In this document: one piece after another, positions 1 through 10,138 of the stretch | How positions within the stretch are numbered: the first letter of the stretch is position 1 | Layout of the letters: every line of letters starts with the position of its first letter | DNA from: Chlamydiales bacterium | Lineage (GTDB): Bacteria; Chlamydiota; Chlamydiia; Chlamydiales; JAAZZY01 | Direction: 5' to 3' | Assembly: GCA_965206695.1 (NCBI GenBank) | Contig: CBDBKM010000013.1 | Span: 1-64,000, forward strand | Length of the DNA: 64,000 bases | The notes under the pieces: model-generated | Seen by the model: the letters and a program-made list of their open reading frames with translations, nothing else | Told to the model about the DNA's origin: nothing | Database searches by the model: none | Position numbers and translations under genes: made by a program

Positions 1-111
1 ATGAATTCATTTTATGGGATTGGTATAACATTAAAATACCAACCCGATTTTGCTTCATAATATTTAAATTTTTGTTAATAATCATAAATTGATAACGATA
101 CGGGAACTGTT

Positions 112-1593
112 ATGGAAACTTTTTTAGGGATCGATTGTGGGACACAGAGTACGAAAGTATTAATTTATGATCCTAATGCAAAAAAAAAATTAGCATTAGT
201 GCGTGCACCACATGAAATGATAAGTCAAGAAGATGGAACGAAAGAACAAGATGCTAAATGGTGGATTAAAGCATTAAAAGAAGCTATCTTATCAATTGAT
301 CCATCCATTCTTAAAACAGTAAAAGCATTAGCCGTCTCCGGTCAACAACATGGTTTTGTTCCGCTTGATAACAGCGGAGAGTTACTGCATCATGTGAAAC
401 TTTGGTGTGACACATCTACATTTCAAGAATGCAAAGAGATAACCAATGCGTTTGGAGGAGAAGAAAAATTAATAAAAGAAGTTGGTAATCCGATCTTGAC
501 CGGATATACAGCTTCTAAGGTGCTGTGGTTTAAAAAAAATCATCCGGAGCTTTATGAAAAACTCAGTATGATTCTTCTGCCCCATGATTACATTAACTAC
601 TATCTAACCGGTAAATATTTTATGGAGCCGGGAGATGCTTCCGGAACAGGATTTTTAAATATCTATACCAGGCAATGGTCTAAGGAAGTGTTATCAATAA
701 TTGATGGTCAAAAAGATCTAACCGAATGTTTACCTCCTTTGAGGAAAGAAATGAAATTTCAGGGGCAAGTCAAAGAGGATATTGCGAAAGAACTTGGTCT
801 ACCTACCGGGGTGCAAGTGGCTCCGGGTGGCGGAGATAATATGATGGGAGCAATAGGCACCGGTTGTAATTCTTTAGGCTGCTTGACAGTTAGTTTAGGA
901 ACATCGGGGACGATGTGCGCTTATTCGGATAAACCTATTGCTGACAAGCAAGCTAACTTAGCAGCCTTTTGTTCTTCTACAGGAGCTTGGTTGCCACTTC
1001 TTTGTACGATGAATTGTACCGTGGCTAGTGAATTATCACGAAATATTTTTAATATATCGGTGACTGATATTGAAGCAAAAGGAGCTACTTCCCCTATTGG
1101 TTCTAATGGGGTGATCACATTGCCGTTTTTTTATGGAGAGAGGATACCTAACCTTCCTAACGGAAAAGGGTGTCTCTTAGGATTGACTAATGAAAACTAT
1201 ACGATTAATAATATTTTGCGCTCCAACATGGAGAGCGCTCTTTTTGGAATGAAATTGGGATTATCATCTTTTAACGAAAATAACCTAATGGCAAATAAAA
1301 TTACTTTGATTGGTGGCGGAGCCAAAGTTCAACTTTGGCGTCAGATGGCAGCAGATATTTTTAATTTAGATATCGTCTGCCCATTAGAAGATGAAAGTGC
1401 GGCTTTCGGTGCTTGCTTACAAGCTCTTAATTGCTATGAAAAAAACACTGATTTCAATAAAATATTATCAGACCATATTATAATAGACTCCAAAGTTTAT
1501 AAACCGAAGCAAGAAAATGTAGATGCATATGATAGTGTCTATGAGCAATATCAAGCTTATTTATTAGCTTTGACTCCAATTTTTTCAGGCTAA
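112..1593 (+). CDS. xylB: xylulokinase (FGGY carbohydrate kinase)
   Basis: GIDCGTQSTK, SGQQHG, GGGDNMMGAIG and SLGTSGT motifs; 493 aa. Confidence 0.9.
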   Translation: METFLGIDCGTQSTKVLIYDPNAKKKLALVRAPHEMISQEDGTKEQDAKWWIKALKEAILSIDPSILKTVKALAVSGQQHGFVPLDNSGELLHHVKLWCDTSTFQECKEITNAFGGEEKLIKEVGNPILTGYTASKVLWFKKNHPELYEKLSMILLPHDYINYYLTGKYFMEPGDASGTGFLNIYTRQWSKEVLSIIDGQKDLTECLPPLRKEMKFQGQVKEDIAKELGLPTGVQVAPGGGDNMMGAIGTGCNSLGCLTVSLGTSGTMCAYSDKPIADKQANLAAFCSSTGAWLPLLCTMNCTVASELSRNIFNISVTDIEAKGATSPIGSNGVITLPFFYGERIPNLPNGKGCLLGLTNENYTINNILRSNMESALFGMKLGLSSFNENNLMANKITLIGGGAKVQLWRQMAADIFNLDIVCPLEDESAAFGACLQALNCYEKNTDFNKILSDHIIIDSKVYKPKQENVDAYDSVYEQYQAYLLALTPIFSG

Positions 1594-1658
1594 TAGGGGG
1601 GAGACATTGTCTTGCTTGGGCGTAGAGATGCAATTTGCCTATCAGATTTTAGTTCGAC

Positions 1659-1781
1659 TTAACAGCTCTCACCCTAAAGGGAAGGAATTCCTCATTCACA
1701 GGCTACAGCTAACAAAAGAGTTAGTCTAATCATGATCTCCAAAGGCTTAAATTACCGACTGCCCTTCGGTATATACTCTTC
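1659..1781 (-). mobile_element. isolated IS605-type right end / omegaRNA-region remnant
   Basis: Clearly similar to 6938-7050 (accctaaagggaagg hairpin, atgatctccaaaggcttaaattaccgactgccc). Terminal TCAA is mutated to TTAA; truncated by IS630. Confidence 0.8.
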
Positions 1782-2872
1782 GCTACTGAAAGGTACACAA
1801 AACAGTATAAATGTGATATTAGTTTTGCATGAACCAATTAACTCCCAATCAAAGAAGTACTTTTGAATTTCAGGTAAAAAAGACCCGTGATATAAATGAA
1901 CGTAATCGTTTGTGTGTGCTTTTTGCACGAGATGACGGTCCGGGGCCTGATCACATTGCTCATGTTCTGCGCTTAAGCCGTTCGAGTGTTTATGGGTATT
2001 TGAGAGAATTTCAATCAAAAGGAAAAACTCAGCCTGATCCCAAGGGAGGAGCAGCCGGTAAATTATCCAAACTGCAAACTAAAGAACCGGTGGACCATCT
2101 TTCTCAATACACCTATAGAAGGGTTAAGGATGTATGTGCGTATGTCTTAGAACAATATAACATTTCCTACAGCACAGGAGAGATGACATCTTGGCTAAAG
2201 CATCATCATTTTGTTTTCAAAAGCCCTGTTAATGCCCCCGGTAGGCTTGACTTAGAGAAACAGGCACAATTTATTAAAGAATAGGAAGCATTAAAAGCAG
2301 GCCTTCAAAATAGTGAAGAGATCTATTTTTTTGATGCAGTACACCCTGATTATCAATCCCAATCCGTATGTGGCCGGATCCCAAAAGGGGTTAAGAAAAC
2401 GCTTAAAACCACAAATAAGCGAACCGGAATGCCTATTATTGGAGCTTTACGACTTGAGGATATGATAATCAGGTCAAAAGAATACTCCACGATTGGAGGA
2501 AGTGAGGTCATTGACTTCTTAAAAGGATTAGAGAATCATTCACGGGCTTCAAAAATATATGTTATTTTAGATAACGGAAGAGCCGATAAAAACAAACTGA
2601 TTCAAGAATATTTAATAACTTCACGTATAGAGCTTCTCTATTTATCCCCATATTCTCCAAATTTAAACGCAATAGAAAGGTTTTGGAAAATGATGAGGGA
2701 AGCGGTTACTTATAATAAATTTTACAATACATTTACTGATTTTAAATTAGAGATAAGGGGCTTTTTTAAAGACAAAATCCCGATTTTAAAAGACACGCTT
2801 AAGACACGAATTAATGATACATTTCAAGTGCCGGAACTCAATCCTGTCCGGCTTCCAATGTGAATGAATATA
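1782..2872 (+). mobile_element. IS630-family element with pseudogenised transposase (1829-2863, in-frame TAG at 2282-2284)
   Basis: ORFs 1829 and 2429 are in the same frame; YFFDAVHP, ILDNG and SPYSPNLNAIERFW DDE motifs; TA/TATA at both ends. Confidence 0.88.
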
Positions 2873-3050
2873 TACAGCTCGTAGCTGAATCAGAGAATTC
2901 ACCTTGAAGGACAATTAATGTGGTTAATAATAATTTTTTGAAAATTATCGTTAATTCTTTGACCTAATTGCTCTTTCATTTTTGGGGTTTCTTCAAAAAA
3001 GAACATTCAGATATCGTCACTGAAATCAATACATTTCTCGTAGCACTTAT
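2871..3050 (-). mobile_element. IS630 3'-end remnant
   Basis: Minus strand encodes ..PKMKEQLGQRINDNFQKI.., an IS630 C-terminus; inverted copy of 5412-5569. Confidence 0.7.
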
Positions 3051-3051
3051 T

Positions 3052-3209
3052 GGGTGTGTTGCGATCTAACAGGTCTTTAGGATTTAGCAATGAAAAAAAA
3101 CGGATTGGATTTTAATCGTTTATTTTAGAAGCTTTTAAAGCTATTTATAGGAGTTTGCTGTTGCAAGCCGGAAAATTTGACGAAATGTAGACATAGCTAT
3201 CCTTCAATT
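3052..3209 (-). mobile_element. IS5-family terminal fragment
   Basis: Near-identical to 38166-38322, the end of the IS5 element. Confidence 0.8.
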
Positions 3210-3399
3210 AGTTGTAAGAACTCCTTTTTAAGTATTAATTTGGTTTAAAAGGAGTTTATCGACTTTTTAAAAGGGTTAAATAATGAATTAGCTATCTTTT
3301 TTATCCTTAGGTGCTTCCAATATTTATTGGATTTTTCAAGATTTTATCTTGAAATTTGCAGCTAATTAATTTAAATTAGGGTTAAAATAGAAGATTTTA

Positions 3400-4551
3400 A
3401 TGTATATTCATAGAAAGTTAGAGGGACCCTTACGAGAAGCGATTAAACAATTTCCTGTAGTTCTTATTACCGGATCTCGTCAATCGGGGAAATCGACTTT
3501 TCTACAAAATATACTACCCGATTATACGTACATATCATTTGATGATATTTTAATCCGAAATTTGGCTCAATCAGATCCGGCTCTTTTTTTAAAAACTTAT
3601 GAGCCTCCGGTGATTATAGATGAAATCCAATATGTTCCTGCATTGTTATCTGCGATTAAGATGAAAGTCGATGCTAACCGTCACAAGTATGGTCAATATA
3701 TATTGACCGGTTCACAGATTTTTGCTCTGATGCAGGGTGTTTCCGAGTCTCTTGCCGGCAGGATTGCTGTTTTTCAGTTATATCCTTTCAGCTGGGGGGA
3801 AATTGAATTAGATATATTTGATGAAAGAAATGTGATGCATCAAATTCTAAAAGGGTTTTACCCTGAATTTCAGGTTCATCCAGATTTAACTCCAAAGTAT
3901 TGGCATAGTTCTTATTTATCTACCTATATTGAAAGGGATATACGTTCTATGAGGCAAATTCAGGATTTAGAACAATTCCAGCGGTTTCTTATTCTTTTAG
4001 CAGCTCGATGTGGTCAGTTATTTAATTTAAGTGAAATAGGAAAAGAATGCGGAATATCACAAACAACAGCTAAAGACTGGTTAAATTTATTAAAATCAAC
4101 TTCAATCGTATACACCCTTGAGCCATATTTTAGAAATTTGACAAAACGGGTAGTTAAATCTCCAAAATTATTTTTTATAGATACGGGACTATTATGTTAT
4201 TTATTGCGTGTTACAAGTATTGAGCAATTAGTCAATTCTCCATTTAGAGGACATATTTTTGAAAATATGGTTATTATGGATAGGATAAAACAGTTTTCTG
4301 AAAAAGGGGAAAGAGCACCCTGTTATTTCTATCGAACAGTTGGTAAAATAGAGATTGATTTGATTATAGATTATGGACAAGAGATCGAAGCGTATGAGAT
4401 TAAATTCACATCTATGCCGAAGTTAGAAATGACAAAAGCTTTGGCTCACTTTACCCAAGAACATACGGTTAGAAGAGCAGTCCTTTTAAATTTAAGAAAA
4501 GAAACATTACCATTCTCTAATGGAATTAAAGCAATGCATTGGAATTCTTGA
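3400..4551 (+). CDS. AAA-family ATP-binding protein with DUF4143-type C-terminal domain
   Basis: GSRQSGKST Walker A, IIDEIQ Walker B, TGSQ, ESLAGR, KSPKLFFIDTGL, EIDLI..YEIK. Confidence 0.85.
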   Translation: MYIHRKLEGPLREAIKQFPVVLITGSRQSGKSTFLQNILPDYTYISFDDILIRNLAQSDPALFLKTYEPPVIIDEIQYVPALLSAIKMKVDANRHKYGQYILTGSQIFALMQGVSESLAGRIAVFQLYPFSWGEIELDIFDERNVMHQILKGFYPEFQVHPDLTPKYWHSSYLSTYIERDIRSMRQIQDLEQFQRFLILLAARCGQLFNLSEIGKECGISQTTAKDWLNLLKSTSIVYTLEPYFRNLTKRVVKSPKLFFIDTGLLCYLLRVTSIEQLVNSPFRGHIFENMVIMDRIKQFSEKGERAPCYFYRTVGKIEIDLIIDYGQEIEAYEIKFTSMPKLEMTKALAHFTQEHTVRRAVLLNLRKETLPFSNGIKAMHWNS

Positions 4552-4623
4552 TGAGTCTTGATCAATCTCATTATTAATGATTTCAAAAGCTTAGTAAAGC
4601 TACCGGATCCAAGACGAAAGTAA

Positions 4624-4929
4624 ATGATGTTACCTAAAAAAAGAAGACCAACATATCCCGGAGTTATTTTATTAGAGGAAGACTTAGAGCCTTTGGGTAT
4701 TTTCGGGCGATAGTTTACTTTGTATTTAGGTAAAAGGTGGACACCTCTTAAACCTAATGAAACCATTAATGGCAAACGAGGTATTTCAGTAGACTCAGCT
4801 CTGAATTTGGCAGCTGCTCTTAGAACAACGCCTGAGTTCCGGCTAAATTTTCAAATCAATTATTGGCTTTGGAAAGCGATGAAGCGTTACCCAAGAAGAC
4901 GTATCGAACCTATAGAAATGCTTATCTAG
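4624..4929 (+). pseudogene. higA: HigA-family antitoxin (HTH), in-frame TAG at 4711-4713
   Basis: MMLPKKRRPTYPGVILLEEDLEPLG*...INGKRGISVDSALNLAAALRTTPEFRLN matches the HigA consensus; no toxin gene adjacent. Confidence 0.75.
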
Positions 4930-5031
4930 TTTTTTACTATTACTTTTAAAATTTTAATAAATAAACTATTTGATTTAATAAAAGTATATCTGTGAAAATA
5001 TGTATTTAATTAAAATTATCACTTATTTTCG

Positions 5032-5414
5032 ATGACGACAATCTCTGCCAATCCAATCTTCCCGGTTAATCGAGCACCAACAACCCTTGAAGAAGCAGAG
5101 CAATATGTTCATGATCTTGAATTGATGATTGAACAGAACCCGGGTAATGAAGAACTCGTCACAAATATCACCACCCATCTTCTTGATTTGAGCAAAAAAG
5201 GAGCAGAGGCCTAAATTTGTTAAACCGCAATATTAAGGTTTTAACAGATGAATTACATGCTACTGAGGAGATTCCTATCGAAGAGACGATAACGGAACCT
5301 CAACCTGAACCTAAAGAGTCTAAAGGGGTTTTCAAAATAGTTGCTCGTAAAACAAAAGAGATTTATAGTAAAACCGTTGATGTCATTAGACTTCTTTCGA
5401 AATTAAGTTTTTGA
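5032..5414 (+). pseudogene. frameshifted, 3'-truncated hypothetical gene
   Basis: Two consecutive short ORFs in different frames, ending at an IS630 remnant. Confidence 0.45.
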
Positions 5415-5569
5415 TTTCAGTGACGTTATCCGAACGTTCTTTTTTAAAGAAATCCCAAAAATGAAAGAGCAATTAGGTCAAAGAATTAACGATAATTTTC
5501 AAAAAATTATTATTAATCATATTAATTGTCCTTCAAGGTGAATTCTCTGATTCAGCTGCGAGCAGTATA
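5412..5569 (+). mobile_element. IS630 3'-end remnant
   Basis: Reverse complement of 2871-3029; encodes KMKEQLGQRINDNFQKI; ends gcagtata. Confidence 0.7.
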
Positions 5570-5680
5570 TAACCGGAAAGGAGAGGTCTTTAAGCCAAAC
5601 TATTCTAGTTGTTTTATCCTGAAGATTTAATATGCGGGTTAAGTCTTCATAACTCTAAGTGATACCATATATTCTTTGAC

Positions 5681-5818
5681 TAAGGTAAAAAACCGATTTG
5701 TTTTGTGTTACATTTTGTCATGAGCATTTTTTCTTGTTATTTTACTTTAGCAAGCTGTATTTAAACAAGTTAAGAAAAAATGCTCACTCTTTTTTTTGAA
5801 TTTCATGAAATATTCGGG
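5681..5818 (-). mobile_element. IS1380-family left-end remnant
   Basis: Minus strand reads cccgaatatttcatg...atgacaaaatgtaacacaaaacaaatcg, matching 9028-9100. Confidence 0.65.
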
Positions 5819-7025
5819 TTAATTACATCGAACTTGGATTTATTAATATAAAATTAACAAAATAAATAAGATTTATTTGCATGTTCATTTTCAACAATAT
5901 ATTATCACAATTCACTTCCTATCAAAATACAACATTTCTCACAGCCCGGCAGCTCTTCACCCACGATATGAATGGATCTGATCAAGCTAAAATCATTGAA
6001 GTTATCTCCCTTATCCCTGAAGATCAAAGAAAGAGCCTCATTCAAGATATTAAGAGGTTTATCACTTCTGATATGAATGGCGATGATAAAGTGAATATCG
6101 TTGATACATTCATACGGTGGATTCCTCACAAGACCAGAAAAGCCTTCATTCAAGATATTGAGAGGCTTATCACTTCTGATATGGATACCGACAATAGAAG
6201 AACAATCATTAACGAACTTGCGGCTTTTCCCGGGCCCGGAATGTACTTCATGCAAGAGATTATAAAGTTTACCACTCCTGATATGAATGACCACGATAGA
6301 GCGATACTCTTTGAACATATTAGTCAGCTTAATAGAACGAGAATGTTTCAAGATCATTTTAATGGTTTGGAAAGTGATACTGTGTTTAAAATTAAAAGAA
6401 GCGATTTAAAAGAACACCCTAAGGAGACCGCATTAAATTATTTTAACACTATAATTAGGTTAAATGGGAAATTGCCACAGATTGTATATCTAAACGAGCA
6501 AGGAATCGACGCAGGTGGACTCACAAGAAATTTTATCACAAATCTATTTCAAGCCATAGGCATTCAAGATGACGAGAATGTATTTAATATAAGAGCTATC
6601 GATCACGGAGTAATCATTCAACTTGAAAAAGAAGATGATATCAAACCTTCTCAAGCAATCGGTACAATATTTGGAGCAGCTTTAACCGGGCAGGCATTTA
6701 CAGTCGGAAAAGTTTTTCATCCCGTTTTATTTTATATGATTCACTCACTTACTCAAGAAGAAGTAGCAAAGATACCGAAAGATCTTAAGAAGAGTACAGA
6801 CATCCCTTCGGATATCCTTGAGAAACTAAGCAATCTGTACCTAGATACGATGAACCCGGATGATAATATCGACTCTATCCGGATGGCTTATCCCGTTGCC
6901 GTTATTGCAAAAAGTATGTTCGAATACTTGAATCAATTTGACAGCTCCCAACCCTAAAGGGAAGGGATTCCTAATTCATCGACCACTGCTAACAAACAAG
7001 CTAGTCTAACATGATCTCCAAAGGC

Positions 7026-8120
7026 TTAAATTACCGACTGCCCTGCGGTATCGAGATTAATAGATGCATTAAGATCTCTATCGTGTGTTACTTTGCAGTT
7101 TGGACACTGCCAACGTCTCACACTTAAATCTAAAATTTCTATTTGGTACCGGCAGGCAGAGCATAGTTTTGAACCGGCAAAAAATTGATCTAATTCCACT
7201 ATATTTCTTCCGTACCATTCACACTTATACTTTAAAAATGTTAAAAACCGGCTCCATCCTGCATCCGATATATGCTTGGAAAGTTTTTTATTTTTTAACA
7301 TCTTATTAATATTTAACCCTTCTATCGTGATCGTTTGGTTTTCACGAGCCAACTTTGTAGAAAGTTTATGATGAAAGTCCTGCCTTATATTTTTTATCTT
7401 CGAATGTATCGAAGCCACCGATCTTCTTTTTTTGAGTCTGTTTTTACCTTTGACTTTAGCTTTGCTAAGAGAACGTTGTTTTCTTTTTAGTCTTTTCTTA
7501 TGAAATCTAAAAGGTTTAGGTGCCGTAATCTTTTTCCCTGTAGAAAGAGTTGCGAATGTCGTTAATCCTAAATCTATACCGACAGAATTATTTCTCTTCT
7601 CAAAAGGGATCACTTCTTCTTCTACTAATAGGCTCACAAAATACCTGTCACAAGAGTCTTTTGTGATTGTTATACCTGTTGGTGTACCTAAAAAACACCT
7701 TGACCAATGTATTTTTAATCTATCTTTAGATTTTGCAATCTTAAGATTAACCCCATCCCAACTAAATGCTGACTTAGTTAATCGTATTGCCTGCGTACTG
7801 TGTTTGTTTTTAAAGCGAGGGAAATTTGACCTTTTTTTAAAAAAGTTTAAAAAAGCTCTATCAAGATCTCTAAGACTTTGTTGCAGACAAACAGAAGAAA
7901 CTTCGTTTAACCAAAGAAACTCTTTGTTTTGCTTAAGACTTGTCAAGAATGCCGATGTTTTAGAATAACTTACATTCTCTTTGTATTCCTGATATTTCTT
8001 GATCTTAAAGTTTAAAGCTTGATTATATACAACTCCGGAACATCCAAAGCTTTTTGCAAGCAACTCCTTTTGTTTTTTCGTTGGATAGAATCTGAATTTA
8101 TATGCTTTTTTGATCATCAT
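7026..8120 (-). CDS. tnpB: TnpB RNA-guided endonuclease
   Basis: KAYKFRFYP, GIDLG (RuvC-I), TIEGL (RuvC-II), CSAC..CPNC Zn finger, DRDLNA (RuvC-III). Confidence 0.93.
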   Translation of the reverse strand: MMIKKAYKFRFYPTKKQKELLAKSFGCSGVVYNQALNFKIKKYQEYKENVSYSKTSAFLTSLKQNKEFLWLNEVSSVCLQQSLRDLDRAFLNFFKKRSNFPRFKNKHSTQAIRLTKSAFSWDGVNLKIAKSKDRLKIHWSRCFLGTPTGITITKDSCDRYFVSLLVEEEVIPFEKRNNSVGIDLGLTTFATLSTGKKITAPKPFRFHKKRLKRKQRSLSKAKVKGKNRLKKRRSVASIHSKIKNIRQDFHHKLSTKLARENQTITIEGLNINKMLKNKKLSKHISDAGWSRFLTFLKYKCEWYGRNIVELDQFFAGSKLCSACRYQIEILDLSVRRWQCPNCKVTHDRDLNASINLDTAGQSVI

Positions 8121-8149
8121 GTATTGAATTATATGTCCGGTACATATAG

Positions 8150-8554
8150 ATTGTCTGTCCGGAAAGACGGAAAACCTCTAAAACAGCAGTTTTTAACCTT
8201 AGTTACCATGTTATTTGGTGTCCTAAATATAGGAGAAAGGTTCTTGAAGGTGATATTGTTGTTCGTTTAAAGGAATTATTAGAATTAAAAGCTCTACAAC
8301 TAAATATAGAGATTCACGAACTGAATATTATGCCTGATCACGTACATATTTTTTTAAATACCAAGCCTATATATTCACCACAATTTTTCATAGGACAACT
8401 TAAGGGATATACAAGCCGAATATTAAGGCAAGAATTTTCAAGCTTAAGATCCGGGTTACCCACACTGTGGACACGGTCTTATTATGTTGATAGTGTTGGA
8501 AAATTAAATGAATATACAATCAGAAAGTATATACGGAATCAAAAAAACAAATAG
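8150..8554 (+). CDS. tnpA: IS200-type Y1 transposase TnpA; canonical start codon not evident
   Basis: Frame is open from 8150: YHVIWCPKYRRKVL, MPDHVH (HUH), LWTRSY, KYIRNQ (catalytic Tyr). Confidence 0.8.
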   Translation: MVCPERRKTSKTAVFNLSYHVIWCPKYRRKVLEGDIVVRLKELLELKALQLNIEIHELNIMPDHVHIFLNTKPIYSPQFFIGQLKGYTSRILRQEFSSLRSGLPTLWTRSYYVDSVGKLNEYTIRKYIRNQKNK

Positions 8555-9027
8555 ACACTTTCATCCACCCTTAAAAAGGTGGGTTTTCTCGTTTAATTGT
8601 CATAAATGGAAGGCAGTTACCGACATAAGTTCTTTTGAAGAACTTTCTAATAGCATTCAGGGTATCCACCTTTCTAAAGATTTATTAAAACAAGCGATAA
8701 AACCAGAAGAAGGAGCTGACCATGCCGGCAATCTCATCAACAATTGGATTGATCAAGTAACCGATAATGAACAATCAACCGCTAAGCAACAATTACAGCA
8801 ATTTCTCTATGCCGTCACAGGGTCAACAACTTTATCGCCCGGCAAAAAAATCATAGTCAATCAATCGAGCGAGTTGGGTTGCGAGTTTTATTTCAGTACC
8901 TGTACTAGAAGCCTGTATGTCCTGATTAATGGTGATTCTAACTTAGAAAAGAATTTCAATATGAGATTAACAGCTGCTATTCAGGGAAACGACTTTTCAG
9001 GAGGGTAACACACTTCCGTTCGTATAA

Positions 9028-9258
9028 TCCGAATATTTCATGGAATTCAAAAAAATGCTCATGACAAAATGTAACACAAAACAAATCGATTTTTCACCTT
9101 ATAACATCTAAAAAAATAACCTGTTCTTTTACCGGCGGGAATATCACAAGTGACGGTGGTGCTCTATTGCTTCGACAAGTGGATCAAAAGCTGAAACTTA
9201 CCAAACAAATAGCTAACTGCATTCCCTGACCGCCGCGCTCCCAATTATATGACACATA
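9028..9258 (+). mobile_element. IS1380-family left end and decayed 5' transposase fragment
   Basis: FTGGNITSDGGALLLRQVDQKL motif; truncated by IS630. Confidence 0.75.
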
Positions 9259-9260
9259 TA

Positions 9261-10138
9261 TAGTACTTTAAATTTTATTTTTCATATAGAATATCCGGAT
9301 GACATATTCACTTGATTTAAGAAAACAAACTTTAAAATATATTAAAACTGTGGGTACACAAAAGAGGCAAGTGTCATTTTTTCAGTTACAACCCGCACTT
9401 TATCGAATTGGATTTCTCGAGAAAGACAGCAGATCTTAGCACCTAACAAAAGGCGTCCTAGCCCAAGTAAAATTGATAATCATAAACTTAAGCAATATCT
9501 TCAAAAATATCCGGATGCCTATCTTAGAGAAATTGCTCAAGAATCGGATGTTACGATACCGGCTGTTTTTTATGCCTGTAAACGTTTGAAACTAACCTTA
9601 AAAAAAAGATCCCGTTTTACAAAGAAAGAGATGAAAAAAAACGACAAGAGTTTCAAAAAACACTAAAGAATATTCCCATGAAAAATCGTGTTCATGTAGA
9701 TGAGAGCGGGATTAATAAATATTTAAGAAAAGAACAGGTTCGATGTCAGGCAGGGAATCAAGTATACGGAGCGGTTTCAGGAATGCGATATGCACGTGAA
9801 AGTTTTATCGCAGCAAAGAATTAATCCCGAATCTTAGCTCCTTTTTGCTATACGGGAACATGTGATACTAAGTTATTTAATCTATGGTTGAAAGATTTTC
9901 TTATTCCGGAACTTAAAACCCGGTCAAGTTGTTATTATGGATAATGCAACTTTTCATAAATCTAAATATTCACAACAACTTATAGAACAAGCAGGTTGTC
10001 ACATTCTATTTCTTCTTCCCTATTCACCGGATTTAAACCCAATAGAAATTTTTTGGGCTAATTTTAAAAAACAGGTTCAAAAAAATATGGAACAATTCAC
10101 ACATTTAGCCCAAGCAATTGATTTTTCTTTTCTAACTA
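9261..10138 (+). mobile_element. IS630-family element, pseudogenised
   Basis: MTYSLDLRK.., VDESG, MDNATFHK and PYSPDLNPIE, with stops and frameshifts; tag...cta ends. Confidence 0.85.

Larger units (their letters stand above)
6938..8601 (-). mobile_element. IS200/IS605 element, divergent tnpA/tnpB, copy 1
   Basis: Left end follows TTTAT (ATAAA at 8602-8606); right end ends in TCAA; subterminal hairpins; near-identical to 32589-34253. Confidence 0.93.
5881..9008 (+). pseudogene. HECT-domain E3 ubiquitin ligase-like protein interrupted by IS605 (segments 5881-6937 and 8602-9008; 487 aa when rejoined)
   Basis: EQGIDAGGLTRNF, FLYAVTGS, FSTC (Cys 35 aa from the end), RLTAAI and Phe at -4; junction AAT CAA T|AT AAA TGG is in frame; N-terminal ~35-aa repeats. 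Confidence 0.78.

Noticed and set aside
17..46. Inverted repeat ttggtat-N9-ataccaa upstream of xylB as a sugar-regulator operator
   Set aside because: Could equally be an upstream terminator; no regulator or second site to support it
6938..8601. IStron (self-splicing intron plus IS605) that would leave the HECT gene functional
   Set aside because: The element is fully accounted for by its ends, tnpA and tnpB with no room for a group I intron core, and its LE-to-RE axis is antisense to the host gene
8508..8601. N-terminus of the 166-aa ORF 8508-9008
   Set aside because: The first ~31 codons are IS605 left-end sequence; the real coding part starts at 8602 as the HECT C-lobe
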